Source: an uncultured Moraxellaceae bacterium
Lineage (GTDB): Bacteria; Pseudomonadota; Gammaproteobacteria; Pseudomonadales; Moraxellaceae
DNA: 43,512 nucleotides
Direction: 5' to 3'
Assembly (NCBI GenBank): GCA_937952925.1
Contig: CALFYA010000438.1
Span: forward strand, 1-43,512
Under the pieces are notes generated by a model, which made no database searches, had not been told where the DNA came from, and saw only the letters and a list, made by a program, of their open reading frames with translations. Of this stretch, positions 39,238 to 43,512 are shown piece after piece (within the stretch, counting starts at the first letter, position 1; the number at the start of each line of letters is the position of its first letter). Made by a program: the position numbers and the translations under genes.

Positions 39238-40092
39238 TTACCCTACCGTCACACTCAACTCATACCCCCCAAACTTGCGTAAATTGAGCACACCGGTATC
39301 CAACATCAAATACTGCCCCTTAATCCCCAGCAACGTCCCTTCAATCACTGGGGTTTTATCAAAATTATGCGCACTCACCTTCTTGGGATACTCGATCACC
39401 GGATAAGCAAACTCACGCACATGCTGCCCCTCAAGCACCCCAATCTGGTCTGGATAGGCATGCTGCAAGTGTTTGAGATCATCGGCATAGTGCAACAACA
39501 GCTCATCACGCAAACTCGGCAAATCAATCGGTGCGGCCTCACCTTTGAGCATTGCCCGCCAATCGGTCTTATCGGCAATGCGCTGCGCGATCATCTGCTC
39601 CACCACCCCAGACAAAAACCGTGTAGCGGTCTGGATAATCGGTAAGGCTTGGGTCGCACCTTGATCGAGCCAACGGGTGGGCATTTGGCTATGACGGGTA
39701 ATCCCGACTTTGAGCGCACTTGAATTGGCCAGATACACCACATGCGGATTGAAGCACACTTCTTGCGCAAACGACTCCTCACGGCAGGTGCCCAAATGAT
39801 GGTGACACGTTTCCGGCTTCATGATGCACATATCGCAACTCGCCTTGGTCTTAAAGCACTTAAAGCAATGCCCTTGCGAGTAAGATTTGGGCGTTTTGGC
39901 TCCACACGACAAGCAAAAAATCTTGCCTGTCCACGCCAGACGCATGGTTTTTTGTAGATGTGGGGTCAGGTTGCATTCAAATGGCTCGACCACCAAACTA
40001 TAATCCACGTCCACAGCCAAACGACCATCAAGGGTTTCGCTGGTATCGCCCACACGCGCCCGCATCTTGTGGCAAATGCCTTGATATTCCAT
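39238..40092 (-). CDS. DUF2797 domain protein (Cys-rich zinc-ribbon region plus a conserved C-terminal domain)
   Basis: A 284-aa ORF. CLSCGAKTPKSYSQGHCFKCF...CDMCIMKPETCHHHLGTC is followed by VVYLANSSALKVGITRHSQMPTRWLDQGA. This matches my memory of the DUF2797 architecture. Confidence 0.78.
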   Translation of the reverse strand: MEYQGICHKMRARVGDTSETLDGRLAVDVDYSLVVEPFECNLTPHLQKTMRLAWTGKIFCLSCGAKTPKSYSQGHCFKCFKTKASCDMCIMKPETCHHHLGTCREESFAQEVCFNPHVVYLANSSALKVGITRHSQMPTRWLDQGATQALPIIQTATRFLSGVVEQMIAQRIADKTDWRAMLKGEAAPIDLPSLRDELLLHYADDLKHLQHAYPDQIGVLEGQHVREFAYPVIEYPKKVSAHNFDKTPVIEGTLLGIKGQYLMLDTGVLNLRKFGGYELSVTVG

Positions 40093-40125
40093 GCTGTGCT
40101 TTTACTCACTCAAAAGGATCAATCT

Positions 40126-40581
40126 GTGACCGGTTCGTGGCCTCTGGATATTTTGCCCCTCGTACAGGGACTCGCGCAACAAAAGCCGATCGCGCATGGC
40201 CTGCTGATTGGCGCAGATTGCACCGACGCACGCTGGCTTGCCGCGCAGGTGGGGATTTGGCAGGCCATTGATCTGCCTGCGCTATATGATTTGCCGTTTA
40301 GTATCCGTTATGATTTGGCGGTGCTCGCGCTACCTGAACAGGTCGATGAGAATGCGACCCATAGCATCACCCGTCTACGCGATTTGCTGGCGCGGCGGGT
40401 GTTGGTCTTGGCGCATCCCAATCAACTCCAGTTGCTGCGTGCACTGGGTTTTAGCCAGATCGAAGACTTGGGCGAATGCCAGCTCTGGCAGTTTAATATC
40501 TTGGAATACAAACAAGTGCCCGATTGGCTGAATGCCAAATACTGGGCAAACCCCGAAAACTGGGGTAAATATCGCTGGTAA
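40126..40581 (+). CDS. Small conserved hypothetical protein (possibly DUF6231-like, Rossmann/methyltransferase-like strand pattern)
   Basis: Start at GTG 40126, with AAGGA 8 nt upstream. Motifs include LLIGADC..., DLAVLAL, RRVLVLAH and the C-terminal PDWLNAKYWANPENWGKYRW. The upstream part of the 207-aa track ORF overlaps the DUF2797 gene and is rejected. The family name is tentative. Confidence 0.6.
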   Translation: MTGSWPLDILPLVQGLAQQKPIAHGLLIGADCTDARWLAAQVGIWQAIDLPALYDLPFSIRYDLAVLALPEQVDENATHSITRLRDLLARRVLVLAHPNQLQLLRALGFSQIEDLGECQLWQFNILEYKQVPDWLNAKYWANPENWGKYRW

Positions 40582-40587
40582 GTCGCG

Positions 40588-41409
40588 TCAATCTAGCAAT
40601 TCTGCGCCACAGCGATCACAGTATTGTGCATCCAAGGCATGCTGCAACTTGCCACAATTGGAGCATGTCACCGCTTTGGTCTTGTGCTGTTGCATGCTAC
40701 GGGCAAGCTCTGCGGTAAAAATCCCAGTTGGGACAGCAATAATCGCATAACCTGCAATCATCACCACAGACGCAATCGCTTGTCCGAGTGGCGTTTTGGG
40801 TGACATATCCCCATATCCTACTGTCGTCAGCGTCACCACTGCCCAATAAATACTTTTGGGAATACTGGTAAAGCCATTGTCTGCCCCTTCAACCACATAC
40901 AAAATCGAGCCGAAGATCGTCACCAACGCCAATATAGACACCAAAAACACCACAATTTTTTGTTGGCTACCGCGCAAAGCTTCCAGCAAAAAACCGGCTT
41001 GTTGCAAATAAGGCAGCAACTTAAATACGCGAAACACCCGCAAAATGCGCAAAAACCGCACCACCAGCAGATACTGCACGCCACCAAAGATCAAGCTCAA
41101 GTACGCTGGTAAAATGGACAGCAAATCAACCACACCAAAAAAACTGGTGGCGTATTGGCGAGGATTGGGGGCGCTATACAAGCGCAGCGCATATTCAACG
41201 GTAAAAAATAAGGTAAATGCCCATTCTGCAATATAAAAATAACTGCCATATTGCCGATTGAGTGACGCCACACTATCGAGCATGACCACCAAAACGCTTA
41301 AAATAATAGCCAAAATCAACACCATATCAAAGGTGCGACCTGCGGGTGTGTCTGTTCCTTCTATAATGCGATGTAAAAATTGTTGGGTGGGATTAAGGAG
41401 ACGACTCAT
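40588..41409 (-). CDS. Voltage-gated-type (6TM) potassium channel with a C-terminal CxxC...CxxC zinc ribbon
   Basis: The S4-like helix is VVRFLRILRVFRVFKLL. The selectivity filter is TLTTVGYGD. The tail is CSNCGKLQHALDAQYCDRCG. Confidence 0.9.
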   Translation of the reverse strand: MSRLLNPTQQFLHRIIEGTDTPAGRTFDMVLILAIILSVLVVMLDSVASLNRQYGSYFYIAEWAFTLFFTVEYALRLYSAPNPRQYATSFFGVVDLLSILPAYLSLIFGGVQYLLVVRFLRILRVFRVFKLLPYLQQAGFLLEALRGSQQKIVVFLVSILALVTIFGSILYVVEGADNGFTSIPKSIYWAVVTLTTVGYGDMSPKTPLGQAIASVVMIAGYAIIAVPTGIFTAELARSMQQHKTKAVTCSNCGKLQHALDAQYCDRCGAELLD

Positions 41410-41589
41410 CTCAATATCTCATGTACATGATCTAGACATCATAACGCTGATGCAACGCATTGTGCGGCTTTGCTAGCTGATGCACCCCAACGACCATGTC
41501 CCCTGTCCGCTCACACCTAGCCTATGCTAAGATTTGCCCCATTTTCGAGTGCGCATCGCACCAGCAGGTTGTAGCAAGGAGAACCGGAC

Positions 41590-42339
41590 ATGGCCGGACA
41601 TTCCAAATGGGCAAACATCAAGCACCGCAAAGCGCGTCAAGATGCGGTGAAAGGCAAAGTATTTACCAAATATATCCGTGAGTTGGTCAGTGCGGCCAAA
41701 CAAGGTGATCCTGATCCAGCCAAGAACCCGCGCTTGCGTGCTGTGGTGGAAAAAGCCCTGTCGGTGAACATGACCCGCGACACCATCAACCGTGCAATTC
41801 AGCGTGGCGCTGGCGGTGGCGATCAAGACAACGTGTCTGAAATCACCTATGAAGGCTATGGCGTCGGTGGCGTCGCTGTCATCGTGGAAACCATGACCGA
41901 CAATGTCAACCGTACCGTGGGTGAAGTGCGTCATGCCTTTAGCAAAAACGGCGGCAACTTGGGCACCACCGGCAGCGTGTCGTATTTGTTTAGCAAACGC
42001 GGCGAAATTCGTTTTGATGATGTCAGTCTTGAAGATCGCATCATGGACGTGGCGCTTGAAGCAGGTGCTGATGATGTCGAAAATGACGGCAATAGCATCG
42101 TGGTGGTCACCACGCCAGACAGCTTTGGTGATGTGCAAGACGCGCTCAATGCAGCTGGCCTCAAATCCGACAATGCCGAAGTGACCATGCACCCCTCAAC
42201 CAACGCCGACATCACCGATGTCGAGCAGGCCGAGCGCATCATCAAGATGATTGATATGCTTGAAGACTTAGACGATGTGCAAGAGGTGTATACCAACGTC
42301 AATTTCTCGGCAGAGGTGTTGGCGGCACTCAGCGCTTAA
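41590..42339 (+). CDS. yebC: YebC/PmpR family DNA-binding transcriptional regulator
   Basis: [27 protein letters not shown] is the invariant N-terminus. AAGGAG lies 8 nt upstream. Confidence 0.96.
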   Translation: MAGHSKWANIKHRKARQDAVKGKVFTKYIRELVSAAKQGDPDPAKNPRLRAVVEKALSVNMTRDTINRAIQRGAGGGDQDNVSEITYEGYGVGGVAVIVETMTDNVNRTVGEVRHAFSKNGGNLGTTGSVSYLFSKRGEIRFDDVSLEDRIMDVALEAGADDVENDGNSIVVVTTPDSFGDVQDALNAAGLKSDNAEVTMHPSTNADITDVEQAERIIKMIDMLEDLDDVQEVYTNVNFSAEVLAALSA

Positions 42340-42347
42340 TCGAATAT

Positions 42348-42371
42348 GGAGATGGGTATTCGCCCATCTCC
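42348..42371 (+). terminator. Hairpin after yebC (9-bp stem, poor U-tract)
   Basis: GGAGATGGG tattcg CCCATCTCC, followed by ttaaaaaa. Confidence 0.45.
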
Positions 42372-42457
42372 TTAAAAAATTCATCATTTCAATTTACACA
42401 AAATTACAAAAACATTGTAAAGTTTAACTCAAATATTCTGAGCGAACGAGTGTTGTC

Positions 42458-43204
42458 ATGTCCAAGTGGGTGCGTCCTTTCGGTCTAGCTACGATGCTGG
42501 TACTCGTCTGGGGAAGCAGTATTGGTTTAACCCAACATCCAACAACCCTTAAGCTCGTTGTACAAGCTGGTTTTGCACCCGCATTTCTAAAGTTACAACC
42601 GCAGCTTGAATCTCGTCTCAACCTCAAATTACAGATTAGCGAGCGAAACGCACCCCAAATTTTTAGCATGCTCACTTCCCCCAATCGTGCACAAACTGAT
42701 GTGGTGATTGTCAACAATGATGGCACCCTCAATCGGTTTGAAGATCAACAGTGGATACTCAAAGGCAGTATCACCCCGATTGTTTCGACTCAGATTGTGC
42801 TGTGGTGTTCTTCAGATCGGGTCAATTTGCGTGTCTCGATTGGCGAAACCCTCAAAGCCATGCAACACGTGACGCTTGCATTGCCACCAACCCAAGCACC
42901 GTCAACACGGGCGATTCAGCCGTACCTTGCCACGCTGGCCAAATCCGTGCGAGTCATCTACACCGACAACACGCTTGACAGTTGGCGCACGGCTTATCAT
43001 CAAAAGGCCGATTGCGCCGTGACCCTCAAAAGCTTGGTGGCTGGCGAAAGCCTGACCCACTACCGCGCATTTCCCAATCATATCGCGCACATTAGCGCTG
43101 CCATTCCAAACGCTAGCCCGCATTCGGCAGACGCCACGCGCTTGATTGAGCTGCTCAACTCCCCGCTGATGCGCAGCAAAATCCAAGCGCTTGGGTATCA
43201 GTAA
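42458..43204 (+). CDS. Periplasmic substrate-binding protein, ModA-like type-2 PBP fold (divergent and orphan)
   Basis: It has a signal peptide (MSKWVRPFGLATMLVLVWGSS). Its overall length and segment order resemble ModA (LKLVVQAGFAPAF...TDVVIVNNDGTLNRF...ITPIVSTQIVLW...VTLALPP...IPNASPH). No permease or ATPase genes are adjacent. Confidence 0.65.
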   Translation: MSKWVRPFGLATMLVLVWGSSIGLTQHPTTLKLVVQAGFAPAFLKLQPQLESRLNLKLQISERNAPQIFSMLTSPNRAQTDVVIVNNDGTLNRFEDQQWILKGSITPIVSTQIVLWCSSDRVNLRVSIGETLKAMQHVTLALPPTQAPSTRAIQPYLATLAKSVRVIYTDNTLDSWRTAYHQKADCAVTLKSLVAGESLTHYRAFPNHIAHISAAIPNASPHSADATRLIELLNSPLMRSKIQALGYQ

Positions 43205-43512
43205 TCAACTGACCAGTTGAGCTTTCAGGCGTGTGACTTCATCGCGTAGACGCGCCGCCTCTTCAAACTTCAGCTCACGTGCCTTGGTGATCATGGCTTG
43301 CTCAAGCTGCTTGATATGCTTGGCGAGCAAATTGGGATCACGCAGCAGATGCTCGTCGATGTTGATCGGCGCAGATTTGATCAGTGTGGTGTCATTGACG
43401 GGTTCGACCACTTCACCCGTATCAATCTCGCGCACCACTTGACGCACCGCACTACGCGGGGTGATGCCATGCGCAGTGTTAAATTCGATTTGTTTGCGTC
43501 GTCGCCGTTCGG
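43205..43512 (-). CDS. uvrB: Excinuclease ABC subunit B, C-terminal end only (the 5' part lies beyond the right edge)
   Basis: The minus-strand reading is open to the window edge. The C-terminal UVR domain is KHIKQLEQAMITKARELKFEEAARLRDEVTRLKAQL. It is preceded by ...KQIEFNTAHGITPRS. Confidence 0.92.
   Translation of the reverse strand, partial: ERRRRKQIEFNTAHGITPRSAVRQVVREIDTGEVVEPVNDTTLIKSAPINIDEHLLRDPNLLAKHIKQLEQAMITKARELKFEEAARLRDEVTRLKAQLVS

Noticed and set aside
39958-40125. N-terminal 56 codons of the 207-aa track ORF 39958-40581
   Set aside because: This part overlaps the 5' end of the DUF2797 gene on the other strand. A GTG at 40126 with a good AAGGA SD gives a compact product. Similar over-long track starts were trimmed for hflD (3827-3898), ung (27089-27172), hisC (31207-31344), pheA (32354-32413), nudJ, the SRPBCC gene and moaD.
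41527-42192. 221-aa minus-strand ORF antisense to yebC
   Set aside because: It is a shadow ORF inside a near-invariant YebC coding region, with no SD and no motifs.

Overview
This 43.5-kb window is almost entirely core chromosome of a gammaproteobacterium. The gene order looks Pseudomonadales/Moraxellaceae-like (pheA-hisC-tyrA::aroA fusion, cmk-rpsA-ihfB-lapA-pyrF), but that placement is inference only. I can support about 50 protein-coding genes. They include a complete isc Fe-S operon (iscRSUA-hscBA-fdx), nudJ-mnmA-hflD-purB, moaCDE and moaB. Also present are hupB-ppiD, tadA, ung, talB, pepN, dbpA, a Kv-type K+ channel, yebC, and partial roxA (left edge) and uvrB (right edge). I found no tRNA/rRNA genes, CRISPR arrays, transposases or integrases. 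I do not see an obvious complete novel multi-gene system, and most of the window is ordinary. The places that deserve a second look are: (1) 17.2-19.1 kb, where a RavA/MoxR-like AAA+ ATPase gene starts abruptly after its missing Walker A region, beside a 16-bp perfect palindrome. Its 3' end is overlapped in the +1 frame by a 409-codon ORF with no family I recognise. (2) Two short, visibly AT-rich islets wedged between housekeeping genes. The talB/pepN islet carries an ORFan membrane protein, a 28-codon hydrophobic mini-ORF and a thrice-repeated GTACAAGA element. The dbpA/DUF2797 islet carries a secreted protein with two Cys-x23-Cys repeats. (3) A toxin-less BrnA/CopG-like RHH gene directly downstream of a DUF2797 Zn-ribbon protein. 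(4) A UbiJ/SCP2-like membrane-anchored protein divergent from a phasin gene. All family assignments come from reading the translations against remembered sequences and motifs. No searches were run.
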